In this document: piece after piece, positions 17,020 to 25,704 of the stretch
How positions within the stretch are numbered: position 1 is the first letter of the stretch
How the letters are laid out: every line of letters begins with the position of its first letter
DNA from: an uncultured Ruminococcus sp.
Lineage (GTDB): Bacteria; Bacillota; Clostridia; Oscillospirales; CAG-272
Reading direction: 5' to 3'
Length of the DNA: 40,924 nucleotides
Assembly: GCA_964482885.1 (NCBI GenBank)
Contig: CAYZZJ010000001.1
Location: 1 to 40,924 of the forward strand
Translations under genes and position numbers: made by a program
The notes under the pieces: generated by a model
Database searches by the model: none
Seen by the model: the letters and a program-made list of their open reading frames with translations, nothing else
What the model was told of the DNA's origin: nothing

Positions 17020-17108
17020 GTGTTTTCATAAAAAAAGTGAAAATTTTTTTCTGATTTGCCAAAAAAATCCTGAAAATGAAAAAAGCCCTTCCATTGGCGA
17101 GGGTTTTG

Positions 17109-17117
17109 TGATAGAAT
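17109..17117 (+). promoter_or_regulatory. Candidate extended -10 element (TGaTAGAAT) for the 112-aa ORF
   Basis: TG-A-TAGAAT lies 24 nt upstream of the ATG at 17141. No good -35 hexamer. Confidence 0.3.
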
Positions 17118-17140
17118 ATTATCGTAAGGATGTGAATTGA

Positions 17141-17479
17141 ATGTCATTTTTAAAGAAGCTGTTTCACATAGGTGAGAAGCCCGGAACTACAGCGTACAGA
17201 ATTGAACAGGCGAACAGGATACACGGTCAGGCGGTTAAGTACGTGACTGAGCGCAAAGGCGATAATGACGATATAGTCGGGCGCGGCGGCTCGGTAACCG
17301 TTGCTGACGGGAAGCTGATAGTGGATTCATCGGGGGATAGGCTGTTTGTCTGCCCCGTTAAGGCTGTCGATATAAGCTGGCTTATGAGCGGAAACGGCGT
17401 TATCATAAGCGGTCCGAATTCTCTCGACGGAGATCGGTATAGAGCAATCACCGTTCATTTCGTTTATTACAGGAAGTAA
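17141..17479 (+). CDS. 112-aa hypothetical protein
   Basis: Clean ORF with an AAGGATG RBS-like element, divergent from mraZ. No motif I recognise and no TM segment. Confidence 0.55.
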   Translation: MSFLKKLFHIGEKPGTTAYRIEQANRIHGQAVKYVTERKGDNDDIVGRGGSVTVADGKLIVDSSGDRLFVCPVKAVDISWLMSGNGVIISGPNSLDGDRYRAITVHFVYYRK

Positions 17480-17524
17480 TAAGCGCAGACTTAGTGTCAA
17501 CGATTATTTGCATGCGGAGGTATA

Positions 17525-18226
17525 ATGAATAGGTCTTCAACCATAAAAACTTGCGCCATTATTCTAGCCGCAGGCGTTGGCTCAAGAATGCAATCCGAGG
17601 TAACAAAGCAAAAGTTAGATATTCTCGGTCATTCGGTGCTATACCACTCGGTAATGGCGTTTGACAGGTGTGAGCTTATAGACAGTATTGTGGTAGTGGT
17701 GCGCGAGTCGGAGCTTGAATTTGCAAGATCGGAGCTTGACTCGGCAACTAAGGTGTGGGGTATTGTTATCGGCGGAGATACGAGGGTGGAATCTGCGAGA
17801 CGCGGCTTTCTTGCCATTCCCGACGGAACTGATTTTATAGCAATTCACGATGCGGCACGCCCCTTGATAACTTCTGAGGGGATAAGCGCTGTAGTCGCGG
17901 CTGCGCATACTGCGGGCGCAGCATCTGCACTCTCGCACGTTACCGATACCGTCAAGCAGGTTGATGAGAACGGTTTTATAGTTTCAACGCTTGACAGATC
18001 CACTTTGCGCAGAGCGCAAACGCCACAGGCGTTTGCGGTGGAAATATATCGCAGAGCGCTTGATGCGTGCGATGATTTCGTCGGTATAACCGATGATAAT
18101 ATGCTTGTAGAGCGCATAGGCGTCGCAATAAAGGGCGTGGATGTTGGATCGGAAAACCTTAAGATCACCGTACCCGAGGATATGGTGTACGCTGAATTCT
18201 TATTGAATAGGAGGCGCGGCGAATGA
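17525..18226 (+). CDS. ispD: 2-C-methyl-D-erythritol 4-phosphate cytidylyltransferase
   Basis: AIILAAGVGSRM nucleotide-binding loop, HDAARP and RAQTPQAF motifs. Confidence 0.92.
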   Translation: MNRSSTIKTCAIILAAGVGSRMQSEVTKQKLDILGHSVLYHSVMAFDRCELIDSIVVVVRESELEFARSELDSATKVWGIVIGGDTRVESARRGFLAIPDGTDFIAIHDAARPLITSEGISAVVAAAHTAGAASALSHVTDTVKQVDENGFIVSTLDRSTLRRAQTPQAFAVEIYRRALDACDDFVGITDDNMLVERIGVAIKGVDVGSENLKITVPEDMVYAEFLLNRRRGE

Positions 18227-18708
18227 CTAATCTCAGAATAGGTCACGGCTATGACGTGCATAAGCTTGTCGAGGGGCGTAAGCTCATACTGGGTGGTGTC
18301 GAGGTGCCGCACACCCTCGGTCTGCTCGGGCACTCCGATGCCGATGTTCTGCTGCACGCTATTATGGACGCGCTTCTTGGCGCACTTGGTAAGGGCGATA
18401 TCGGCGCCCATTTTCCCGACAGCTCCGATGAATGGCTCGGCGTATCAAGCACGCACCTGCTCGCGCTTGTTCACAAGCTGCTTGGTGACTGCGGCGCGAG
18501 CGTGGTTAACGTAGACGCAACTCTTGTCATACAAAAGCCCAAAATAGCACCGTACATTGAGGTTATGTGTAAAAATATTGCATTCGCGCTCGGTATAGAC
18601 CGCTCTCGGGTGAACGTAAAGGCAACAACCGAGGAGCATCTTGGCTTTACAGGGCGCGAGGAGGGCGTATCTGCACACGCAGTGGCTCTTATAGAGCTTG
18701 AGCATTGA
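18223..18708 (+). CDS. ispF: 2-C-methyl-D-erythritol 2,4-cyclodiphosphate synthase
   Basis: RIGHGYDVHKL and GHSDADVLLHA motifs. ATGA overlap with ispD. Confidence 0.95.
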   Translation: MTNLRIGHGYDVHKLVEGRKLILGGVEVPHTLGLLGHSDADVLLHAIMDALLGALGKGDIGAHFPDSSDEWLGVSSTHLLALVHKLLGDCGASVVNVDATLVIQKPKIAPYIEVMCKNIAFALGIDRSRVNVKATTEEHLGFTGREEGVSAHAVALIELEH

Positions 18709-18779
18709 TCCGCAAGCGACACTTGCATTGTACTAGCAAGTAAAAACAATATTATATGAATTATATGAGGTAAAGAGCA

Positions 18780-19424
18780 ATGGTTAAAATTTCACCTTCG
18801 GTTTTAGCGTCCGATCTTTCTTGTCTTGCCGATGAGGTTAAGGTTATAGAGGCTGCGGGAGCAGAAATGGCACACCTGGACGTTATGGACGGCGTATTCG
18901 TCCCCAATATGTCCTTTGGTATGCCCGTTATCGAGGCGCTTCGTAAGCACACGAACGGCATCATTTTCGACGTTCACCTTATGATTGTCAATCCCGAAAA
19001 GTATGCAGAGCGCTTTATTGATGCGGGTGCCGACATAGTCACCTTCCATTATGAGGCTGCCGAGGACAGCGCGGCACTTCTTGATACGATTAGAAAAAGA
19101 GGAGTAAAGGCGGCAATATCCATTAAGCCCACAACTCCCGCGGAGGCGATATTCCACCTTCTTGATAAGTGCGATATGGTTCTTGTAATGACCGTTGAGC
19201 CCGGATACGGCGGACAGTCCTTCATGCCCGATATGCTTGATAAGGTGAAGAAAATACGCGAGGAAGCTGGTCGCAGAGGACTTGATATTGATATTCAGGT
19301 TGACGGCGGAATCAACCCCGAAACCGCGAAAATGGCGGTTGCCGCAGGTGCTAACGTTCTCGTTGCGGGCAGCTCCGTATTCAAGGCTGCCGATAGACGC
19401 GCAGCGATTAACGCGCTGAGATAA
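18780..19424 (+). CDS. rpe: Ribulose-phosphate 3-epimerase
   Basis: ISPSVLASD, HLDVMDGVFVPN, MTVEPGYGGQ and VDGGI motifs. Confidence 0.95.
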   Translation: MVKISPSVLASDLSCLADEVKVIEAAGAEMAHLDVMDGVFVPNMSFGMPVIEALRKHTNGIIFDVHLMIVNPEKYAERFIDAGADIVTFHYEAAEDSAALLDTIRKRGVKAAISIKPTTPAEAIFHLLDKCDMVLVMTVEPGYGGQSFMPDMLDKVKKIREEAGRRGLDIDIQVDGGINPETAKMAVAAGANVLVAGSSVFKAADRRAAINALR

Positions 19425-19435
19425 ATTCGGAATAT

Positions 19436-19459
19436 CCGCGATAATTCGCGGCAGATTTT
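19436..19459 (+). terminator. Small hairpin terminator after rpe
   Basis: CCGCGA-TAAT-TCGCGG followed by CAGATTTT. Confidence 0.4.
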
Positions 19460-19470
19460 GACAAAAGGAT

Positions 19471-19505
19471 ATAAAAAGAGCCGGCACAAGTCGGCTCTTT
19501 TACTT
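19471..19505. terminator. Bidirectional intrinsic terminator between convergent rpe and ruvB
   Basis: AAAGAGCCG, 8-nt loop, CGGCTCTTT, flanked by an A-run upstream and a T-run downstream. Sits immediately after the ruvB stop. Confidence 0.8.
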
Positions 19506-19507
19506 TG

Positions 19508-20584
19508 TTAATCAAAATTCATTGTGCTTTGACCCGGGGTCTGCTTAGAGGATGCGCCCATTCCGAACGGGATTCCGAGATGCTCGTAGGCGAGTCGCGT
19601 CGCGCATCTTCCGCGCGGTGTTCTTGCAAGGAATCCTATTTGCATAAGGTAAGGCTCGTAAACGTCCTCAATGGTGATTGCCTCTTCCCCAATAGTAGCG
19701 GCAAGCGTTTCAAGACCCACGGGTCCGCCGCCGTAAAACTTGATTATGGATTCAAGCATTCTGCGGTCGATATTATCAAGTCCAAGCTCGTCTATTTCAA
19801 GAGACTCTAGCGCGTATCCCGCAATCTCGGAGGTTATCCTTCCGTTGCCCTTTATGAGCGCGAAATCACGCACGCGCTTAAGCAGTCTGTTTGCTATTCT
19901 GGGCGTTCCTCTTGCGCGCGATGCAATAGCCTGCGCCCCGTCGTCGGTGATATCTATTTCAAGAATAGATGCCGAGCGCTTTACAATGGTGGCAAGCTCA
20001 TCGGTGGTGTATAATTCAAGTCTGAAAAGCACACCGAATCTATCGCGCAGAGGGGTTGTGAGCTGTCCTGCGCGGGTTGTAGCGCCTATAAGAGTAAATT
20101 TGGGGATAGGAAGGTGTATGGAGCGCGCGCTCGGTCCCTTTCCTATAATGATATCAATGGCATAATCCTCCATGGCAGGGTAGAGAATTTCCTCTACCGC
20201 ACGCGAGAGGCGGTGTATCTCATCGATGAACAGAACGTCACCGTCGGCAAGGTTCGTGAGAATTGATGCCAGATCACCCGGCTTTTCGATAGCAGGACCG
20301 GAGGTGGTTCTTATGCTAACGCTCATTTCATTGGCTATAATTCCCGAGAGAGTGGTTTTACCAAGACCGGGAGGTCCGTAAAGAAGCACGTGATCGAGCG
20401 GCTCGCCACGCAGGCGCGCGCTTTCTATGTACACGCGCAAATTGGACTTGATCTGCTCTTGTCCTATATAGTCGTCGAGAACCCTAGGGCGCAGATTATT
20501 TTCCACCTCCGAGTCCTGAACGGCATCGTATTCATTTGATAGAATTCGGTTTTCAAAGTCGAATTCGTTTACTTCTTCTATCAT
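19508..20584 (-). CDS. ruvB: Holliday junction branch migration ATPase RuvB
   Basis: [31 protein letters not shown] and [10 protein letters not shown] motifs. Confidence 0.97.
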   Translation of the reverse strand: MIEEVNEFDFENRILSNEYDAVQDSEVENNLRPRVLDDYIGQEQIKSNLRVYIESARLRGEPLDHVLLYGPPGLGKTTLSGIIANEMSVSIRTTSGPAIEKPGDLASILTNLADGDVLFIDEIHRLSRAVEEILYPAMEDYAIDIIIGKGPSARSIHLPIPKFTLIGATTRAGQLTTPLRDRFGVLFRLELYTTDELATIVKRSASILEIDITDDGAQAIASRARGTPRIANRLLKRVRDFALIKGNGRITSEIAGYALESLEIDELGLDNIDRRMLESIIKFYGGGPVGLETLAATIGEEAITIEDVYEPYLMQIGFLARTPRGRCATRLAYEHLGIPFGMGASSKQTPGQSTMNFD

Positions 20585-20610
20585 AATGGATTATATCCTT
20601 TCGGTGGAGC

Positions 20611-21225
20611 TTATTTTGCGAGATTTTTGAGTGCCAGTCTGATTATGCTGCCGGGGTCAAGCGTGGGATCGACGTTTTTGATTGCATTAAGAACCGACGT
20701 CTTGTCATATCCAAGCACGGTAAGTGCCTCCGCAGCCTCGGAAAGATTGGAGCTTTTTGCGTGTGGAGCGTCAATTGATACGCTCGTATTAGAGGACGAG
20801 GACATACCCGAAACGAATTCCTGGCCGAATTTATCCTTCAGCTCGAGAACTATTCTCGCCGCCGTTTTCTTGCCGATATTCTGCGCCCTGGATATGGATT
20901 TTATATCCTCTGTCGCTACCGCCATTGCAAGCTTATCCGGGGACATTACGGAAAGAACTGCCATTGCAGCCTTGGGACCTACGCCGCTTACGCTTGTGAG
21001 AAGCTGATATGCGTTTTTTTCCTCGAGAGAGCTGAAGCCAAACATCTCAACCCCGTCCTCGCGCACAGCCAAAGAGGTGTAGAGCTTTACCTCTTTTCCG
21101 CTCTTTGACGAGAGGCTCTCGGAGGTGATAAGACTGACGGTTAACTGATATCCGATGCCTCCGCAATCTATTACGCAAAAGCTTGGTTCAAGGTGCGACA
21201 GCTCGCCGCGAAGGTAATAAAACAT
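20611..21225 (-). CDS. ruvA: Holliday junction DNA-binding protein RuvA
   Basis: MFYYLRGEL N-terminus, helix-hairpin-helix GVGPKAAMAVLS and IGKKTAARIVLELK. Confidence 0.95.
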   Translation of the reverse strand: MFYYLRGELSHLEPSFCVIDCGGIGYQLTVSLITSESLSSKSGKEVKLYTSLAVREDGVEMFGFSSLEEKNAYQLLTSVSGVGPKAAMAVLSVMSPDKLAMAVATEDIKSISRAQNIGKKTAARIVLELKDKFGQEFVSGMSSSSNTSVSIDAPHAKSSNLSEAAEALTVLGYDKTSVLNAIKNVDPTLDPGSIIRLALKNLAK

Positions 21226-21231
21226 ATATCC

Positions 21232-21438
21232 TCACACATTCCGGTCGTCTGACACACAAACGACTATTTTTATGGATTTTTCGAGTTTAATTCTGGGCAG
21301 AGTGAGGCTTCTTGCGCAGGTTGCACAGATCAATCTCACGTCTGTTCCCGTTCTCATAACGGTAAATGCATCACCGCCGCAGGGGTGTTTTTTCTTCATA
21401 ATCAGCCTGTCGCCGACGGAAAATTTTATAAGCTCCAT
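21232..21438 (-). CDS. DUF951-like small protein (68 aa)
   Basis: GDRLIMKKKHPCGG...RLICATCARSLTLPR matches my recollection of the DUF951 pattern (KKxHPCG...C..C). Start at the internal ATG 21438, just after the upstream gene's stop. Confidence 0.7.
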   Translation of the reverse strand: MELIKFSVGDRLIMKKKHPCGGDAFTVMRTGTDVRLICATCARSLTLPRIKLEKSIKIVVCVSDDRNV

Positions 21439-21445
21439 AGCCGCA

Positions 21446-21907
21446 TCAGTTGTCGCCGTAGAGTGAGTGATACTCAGGCGCCTCTTTCTTTTTCTTAGGA
21501 CTGTCGGGGCGACTCTCAAGTTCGGTATCTGCCTTGCTCACAAGGTGCTTAAGTCCTATTACGGCACCGAGAATAAGTGCGTATAAAAGAGTGAATATTG
21601 TTACTGCAATCAGTATTGACGCAGCTATGTTTCCGGTAATGCCGCGAATGGTAAGATACACAACCATAAAGCCTGCAAGCAGCATGGAATAGTGAATAAG
21701 TATCTTCAGCGCCTTTCGTACCTCGAGCGCCTTGTACACCAGCTCCGCACCGGAAATCAAGCAGCCGTAGCCGAGCATGAGAAGAAATCTGCCAATCGGA
21801 ACTCCCTGCTCCGTCACGCCCATAGCAGCGAGAAATATGTAGAGGACAAGCAGTAATAAAACTGTATATCCGCAGCTCTTCAGAATAAAGCTTTCGATTT
21901 TTTTCAT
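21446..21907 (-). CDS. 153-aa four-TM membrane protein of unknown function
   Basis: Start at 21907 follows a GGAGGT RBS. Four hydrophobic helices and a charged C-terminal tail (KKKKEAPEYH). Confidence 0.6.
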   Translation of the reverse strand: MKKIESFILKSCGYTVLLLLVLYIFLAAMGVTEQGVPIGRFLLMLGYGCLISGAELVYKALEVRKALKILIHYSMLLAGFMVVYLTIRGITGNIAASILIAVTIFTLLYALILGAVIGLKHLVSKADTELESRPDSPKKKKEAPEYHSLYGDN

Positions 21908-21947
21908 TTCGACCTCCGCTGCCCGACGTGCGAGCGTACTACCAACT

Positions 21948-21976
21948 ATTTTACCATAACGCTCGGGCAATTGCAA
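21948..21976 (-). promoter_or_regulatory. Sigma-A-type promoter for the membrane protein/DUF951/ruvAB operon
   Basis: Minus strand: TTGCAA (21971-21976), 17-nt spacer, TAAAAT (21948-21953), preceded by TGg (extended -10). Confidence 0.55.
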
Positions 21977-22057
21977 GGCTTAATTGGCGAAAAAAGTGAT
22001 TCCTTGGAATATAACGCATAAAAATTCAAAAAGCAGAATAATTTCTCCCCAAACCCG

Positions 22058-22086
22058 TTGACAACGCGCTCGTGCGAGGGTATAAT
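22058..22086 (+). promoter_or_regulatory. Consensus sigma-A promoter for the nusB operon
   Basis: TTGACA (22058-22063), exactly 17 nt, TATAAT (22081-22086). Confidence 0.7.
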
Positions 22087-22116
22087 ATATTAAAATATCA
22101 TTTGCGAGGTGGACCA

Positions 22117-22527
22117 ATGGTTATGAGCAGATCGCTCTCAAGAGAAGCAGCCTTTATGCTTTTGTTTGAATACGTTGTCAGAGGGGATGAAACGGCAGAG
22201 GAAGTTTACGAGAATGCCGAGGCTATCCCCAATTTTAAGCAGTCGCCCTACACGCGCAAGGTGTTCTTCGAGAGCATAGCGCGTGCTGAGGAAATAAACG
22301 CGGTTGTTGACAAGTGCCTTGTGGGCTGGAAGAAGGAGCGAGTATCTTTCGTTTCCCGTGCTATACTTATGCTTGCGACCTACGAGATGATGTTCGTCGA
22401 CGACGTGCCGTACAAGGTTGCGATTGACGAGGCGGTTTCGATCTCGAAGAAGTATGATGAGGATAAGGCATATTCCTTCGTTAACGGAGTTCTTAACGCC
22501 GTAGCGGAGCAGCTGTCGCTGAAATGA
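22117..22527 (+). CDS. nusB: Transcription antitermination factor NusB
   Basis: SREAAFMLLFEY and AILMLATYEM... motifs. Start at 22117 follows a GAGGTGG RBS. Confidence 0.9.
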   Translation: MVMSRSLSREAAFMLLFEYVVRGDETAEEVYENAEAIPNFKQSPYTRKVFFESIARAEEINAVVDKCLVGWKKERVSFVSRAILMLATYEMMFVDDVPYKVAIDEAVSISKKYDEDKAYSFVNGVLNAVAEQLSLK

Positions 22528-23483
22528 GTGAAAGAGATGTAGTCATAGGCATAGACACGAGCAACTACACGACCTCGGTTGCAATTCTTGGTACCGACGG
22601 TGAGCTTATAGCTAACGTCAAGCGCTTGCTCACTGTGACTGAGGGACAGTGTGGGCTTCGTCAGTCTGATGCCCTTTTTGCGCATATCAAGAACTTACCT
22701 TTGGTAATGAGGGAGGTTGAGAGCTATCTTATCGGTGCGAAAATCAAGGCTGTTGGCGTAAGCACACGCCCGAGGAATGTTGATGGCTCTTACATGCCCG
22801 TGTTCCTTGCGGGAGCTTCAGTTGCGGAATCCCTATCCGCGATGCTCGGTGTGCCCTTATATTCCTTTTCTCATCAGTGTGGACACGTGATGGCGGCGCT
22901 TTATTCGTCGGGCAGACTTGATCTTATGAACGGTAGCTTTGCCGCCGTCCACGTTTCGGGCGGAACTACCGAGCTGCTTCGCGTGAGGAAGGCTGACGTC
23001 GGATTTGATACCGAGCTTGTCGGCGGAACGCTTGACCTTAATGCAGGTCAGGTTATAGACCGTATAGGCGTTATGCTCGGCATGCCTTTTCCCGCAGGCC
23101 CGTACCTTGAGCGCGAGGCTCTGAAATTCACGGGAAAGCATAACAAAAGGAAGCTCTCGGGTGACGCCATGCACGTCAATTTGTCAGGCCTTGAGAATAT
23201 GGCAGAGAAGATGCACCGCGAAGGCGTAGATGCCCCTGAGATTGCACACTTCGTATTAGACTACGTAGGTCGGGCAATTATCAAGATAATTAAGGATTTT
23301 ATCTCCGTTTACGGAGATACTACAACGGTATGCGCGGGCGGCGTGATGTGCAATTCCATAATTAAGGGAATGCTCATGCGCGAGTTTGACGTATGCTTTG
23401 CCGAGCCGTCTATGTCCTCGGACAATGCGGTTGGCATAGCCGCTCTTACGCTCGACGCGCTCAAAGCGGGCAAGAATAAATGA
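22524..23483 (+). CDS. TsaD/Kae1/Qri7-family (peptidase M22, ASKHA-fold) paralog, divergent
   Basis: Collinear with TsaD: GIDTS, SHQCGH (vs HMEGH), VSGGTTEL, NAGQVIDRIGVMLGMPFPAGP, LSGLEN, AGGVMCN, SSDNAVGIA. ATGA overlap with nusB. Confidence 0.75.
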   Translation: MSERDVVIGIDTSNYTTSVAILGTDGELIANVKRLLTVTEGQCGLRQSDALFAHIKNLPLVMREVESYLIGAKIKAVGVSTRPRNVDGSYMPVFLAGASVAESLSAMLGVPLYSFSHQCGHVMAALYSSGRLDLMNGSFAAVHVSGGTTELLRVRKADVGFDTELVGGTLDLNAGQVIDRIGVMLGMPFPAGPYLEREALKFTGKHNKRKLSGDAMHVNLSGLENMAEKMHREGVDAPEIAHFVLDYVGRAIIKIIKDFISVYGDTTTVCAGGVMCNSIIKGMLMREFDVCFAEPSMSSDNAVGIAALTLDALKAGKNK

Positions 23484-23499
23484 TTCAGAGGAGGGAACG

Positions 23500-24723
23500 G
23501 TGGATATATCCGCTTTTCGTGACAGACCGATGACGGAAACGCTTACCGTTTCCGAGCTGAACAATCTTATAAAAGGAATTTTTGATTCAAACAAACTTTT
23601 AGCCTCTGTCAGTATCAAGGGCGAGATTTCAAACTTCAAGGCGCACTCTAGCGGTCACCTCTATTTTTCGCTTAAGGACGAGGGCAGTCAGATACGCGCG
23701 GTTATGTTCCGCTCTCAGGCGGCATTGTTAAGGTTTGTTCCGGAGAACGGTATGCGTGTGATCGTCACCGGCTCCGTGTCGGTGTATCCCAGAGACGGCT
23801 CTTATCAGCTGTACGCAGGATCTGTGCAGCCCGACGGAATAGGAGCGCTTTATCTCGCATACGAGCAGATGAAGGCTCGGCTTGAGGAAGAGGGATTATT
23901 TTCCAACGAGCATAAGCGCCCGATACCCGCCTACCCTGAGCGAGTGGGAGTCATCACCTCGCCTACCGGTGCGGCTGTCAGGGATATTATCAACGTCATA
24001 ACCAGGCGTTCCCCCGCGACGGAGATTTATCTGTATCCCGCGCTTGTGCAAGGGAGCGGAGCAGAGGCAAGCCTTATCAACGGAATACGCTATTTTGAGA
24101 GCGAAAGGTGCGTCGATACCATAATTATAGGACGCGGAGGCGGCTCAATCGAGGATCTTTGGGCGTTTAACGGTGAGGCGCTTGCACGTTGCATATATTC
24201 GGCAACCGTACCGATCATTTCGGCGGTTGGTCACGAAACCGATTTTACCATTGCAGATTTCGTCGCGGATCTCCGCGCCCCGACCCCCTCTGCAGCGGCA
24301 GAGCTTGCCGTTCCCGATTCGAGAGAGGTTGGAATGCGTTTGCTTACCGCCGCCAGAAGGTGCGACTCGGTGCTTAGCGGTGTTATCACTCGCGCTGTGG
24401 AAAGGCTCGATGCCTTAAAGACATCGGAGGTCTACACCGATCCGATGACGATACTTTCACCGTATTCGGCAGAGCTGTCAAACAGCTTAGTCGAGTTATC
24501 AAGAGCATATTCGCTGTGCCTCTCGTCGGGAAGATCGATGTTTGCGGCTCTTGTCGGAAAGCTTGAGGCTCTCAGCCCGCTTTCGGTTTTGGCTCGCGGA
24601 TACGCGATAGCGGAAAAGGACGGTCGCGCTCTTACGGACGTCGGGGGCGTTGCGCCTGGTGACGGTATAACGGTGAGGCTATGTAGCGGTGAAATAGACG
24701 CTAAGGTTACGTCCATCAGATAA
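23500..24723 (+). CDS. xseA: Exodeoxyribonuclease VII large subunit
   Basis: N-terminal OB-fold region (VSELN...ISNFKAHSSGHLYFSLKD), GVITSPTGAA and RGGGSIEDLWAFN. GTG start after a GGAGGG RBS. Confidence 0.95.
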   Translation: MDISAFRDRPMTETLTVSELNNLIKGIFDSNKLLASVSIKGEISNFKAHSSGHLYFSLKDEGSQIRAVMFRSQAALLRFVPENGMRVIVTGSVSVYPRDGSYQLYAGSVQPDGIGALYLAYEQMKARLEEEGLFSNEHKRPIPAYPERVGVITSPTGAAVRDIINVITRRSPATEIYLYPALVQGSGAEASLINGIRYFESERCVDTIIIGRGGGSIEDLWAFNGEALARCIYSATVPIISAVGHETDFTIADFVADLRAPTPSAAAELAVPDSREVGMRLLTAARRCDSVLSGVITRAVERLDALKTSEVYTDPMTILSPYSAELSNSLVELSRAYSLCLSSGRSMFAALVGKLEALSPLSVLARGYAIAEKDGRALTDVGGVAPGDGITVRLCSGEIDAKVTSIR

Positions 24724-24733
24724 GGAGTCGAAG

Positions 24734-24970
24734 ATGATTAAGGATATGAGGTTTGAAGAGGCTATGGAGTGCCTCGAGGATATAACGAGAAAGTTAGAGT
24801 CCGGTCAGCTACCGCTTGAGGAGTCTATAAGAGAGTATGAGCGTGCCGTAGAGCTGATTAAAATCTGCAACGCGAAGCTTGAGGCTGCCGAGAAAAAGGT
24901 TAAGATGCTCATTGAAGCACCCGACGGTACTGTCAGCGTGCAGGATTTTGCCCGTAGCGATGCGAATTGA
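24734..24970 (+). CDS. xseB: Exodeoxyribonuclease VII small subunit
   Basis: FEEAMECLEDITRKLESGQLPLEESI signature, immediately after xseA. Confidence 0.93.
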   Translation: MIKDMRFEEAMECLEDITRKLESGQLPLEESIREYERAVELIKICNAKLEAAEKKVKMLIEAPDGTVSVQDFARSDAN

Positions 24971-25688
24971 TTTGTATCTCGCAGAGTCCGGGCTTGTCGG
25001 TAGTCGCACCGCAGCAAAGCGCTCTATAGCAGAGGGGCTTGTCCTCATTGACGGTGTGCCCGTTACAAAGCCGTCCTTTGACGTATCAGGACTTGAGGAT
25101 AAAATTACCGTGCTTGAGGCGGAGCGTGCCTTTGTCGGGCGCGGCGGTATTAAGCTTGATGCAGCGATAGATGCCTTTGGCATAGACGTCGCGGGGAAGC
25201 AGTGTATTGACGTAGGCGCCTCGAGCGGCGGATTTACCGATTGTCTTTTACAGCACGGAGCGGCTAAGGTTATAGCCGTGGATTCGGGCAGGCTACAGCT
25301 GGTCGAGTCTCTCAGGCGTGATGAGCGCGTTATTTCGATAGAGGGATATAACGCGAGGTACATGAAGCCCTCAGACCTCCCGTACGTTCCCGAGCTTGCG
25401 GTGATGGACGTGTCGTTCATTTCCGCCACCTACATAATTCCCGCGCTCACCCACTGCCTTAGTACGGGTGCGGATTTTGTTTTGCTTATAAAGCCGCAGT
25501 TCGAGGTAGGACGCGAGAATATCGGCAAGGGCGGAATTGTGAAAAGCGAGCGTGCGCGCGCTATGGCTGTCGAAAATGTTACGCAGTGCGCCTCGTCGTT
25601 CGGGTTCGAGGTTCGGGGTGTTATAGAGTCGCCTATCTCGGGCGGTGACGGCAACGTAGAGTACCTCGCTTATATGGTTAAGCGTTAA
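24960..25688 (+). CDS. tlyA: TlyA-family rRNA 2'-O-methyltransferase (S4 domain plus FtsJ-like methyltransferase)
   Basis: MRIDLYLAESGLVGSRTAAKRSI (S4 domain) and DVGASSGGFTDCLLQHGA SAM-binding loop. Start at the internal ATG 24960, overlapping the end of xseB. Confidence 0.88.
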   Translation: MRIDLYLAESGLVGSRTAAKRSIAEGLVLIDGVPVTKPSFDVSGLEDKITVLEAERAFVGRGGIKLDAAIDAFGIDVAGKQCIDVGASSGGFTDCLLQHGAAKVIAVDSGRLQLVESLRRDERVISIEGYNARYMKPSDLPYVPELAVMDVSFISATYIIPALTHCLSTGADFVLLIKPQFEVGRENIGKGGIVKSERARAMAVENVTQCASSFGFEVRGVIESPISGGDGNVEYLAYMVKR

Positions 25689-25704
25689 GAATGTTGGAGT
25701 TATT

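Noticed and set aside
16934-17140. 68-aa plus-strand ORF in the mraZ divergent control region
   Set aside because: It overlaps the mraZ promoter and operator, has no RBS, and its sequence is low-complexity.
18709-18779. Hairpin CTTGC-ATTGTACTA-GCAAG between ispF and rpe, considered as a terminator or promoter
   Set aside because: No T-run follows the hairpin. The TTGCAT in it has no acceptable -10 at 16-18 nt spacing. The support is too weak to annotate.
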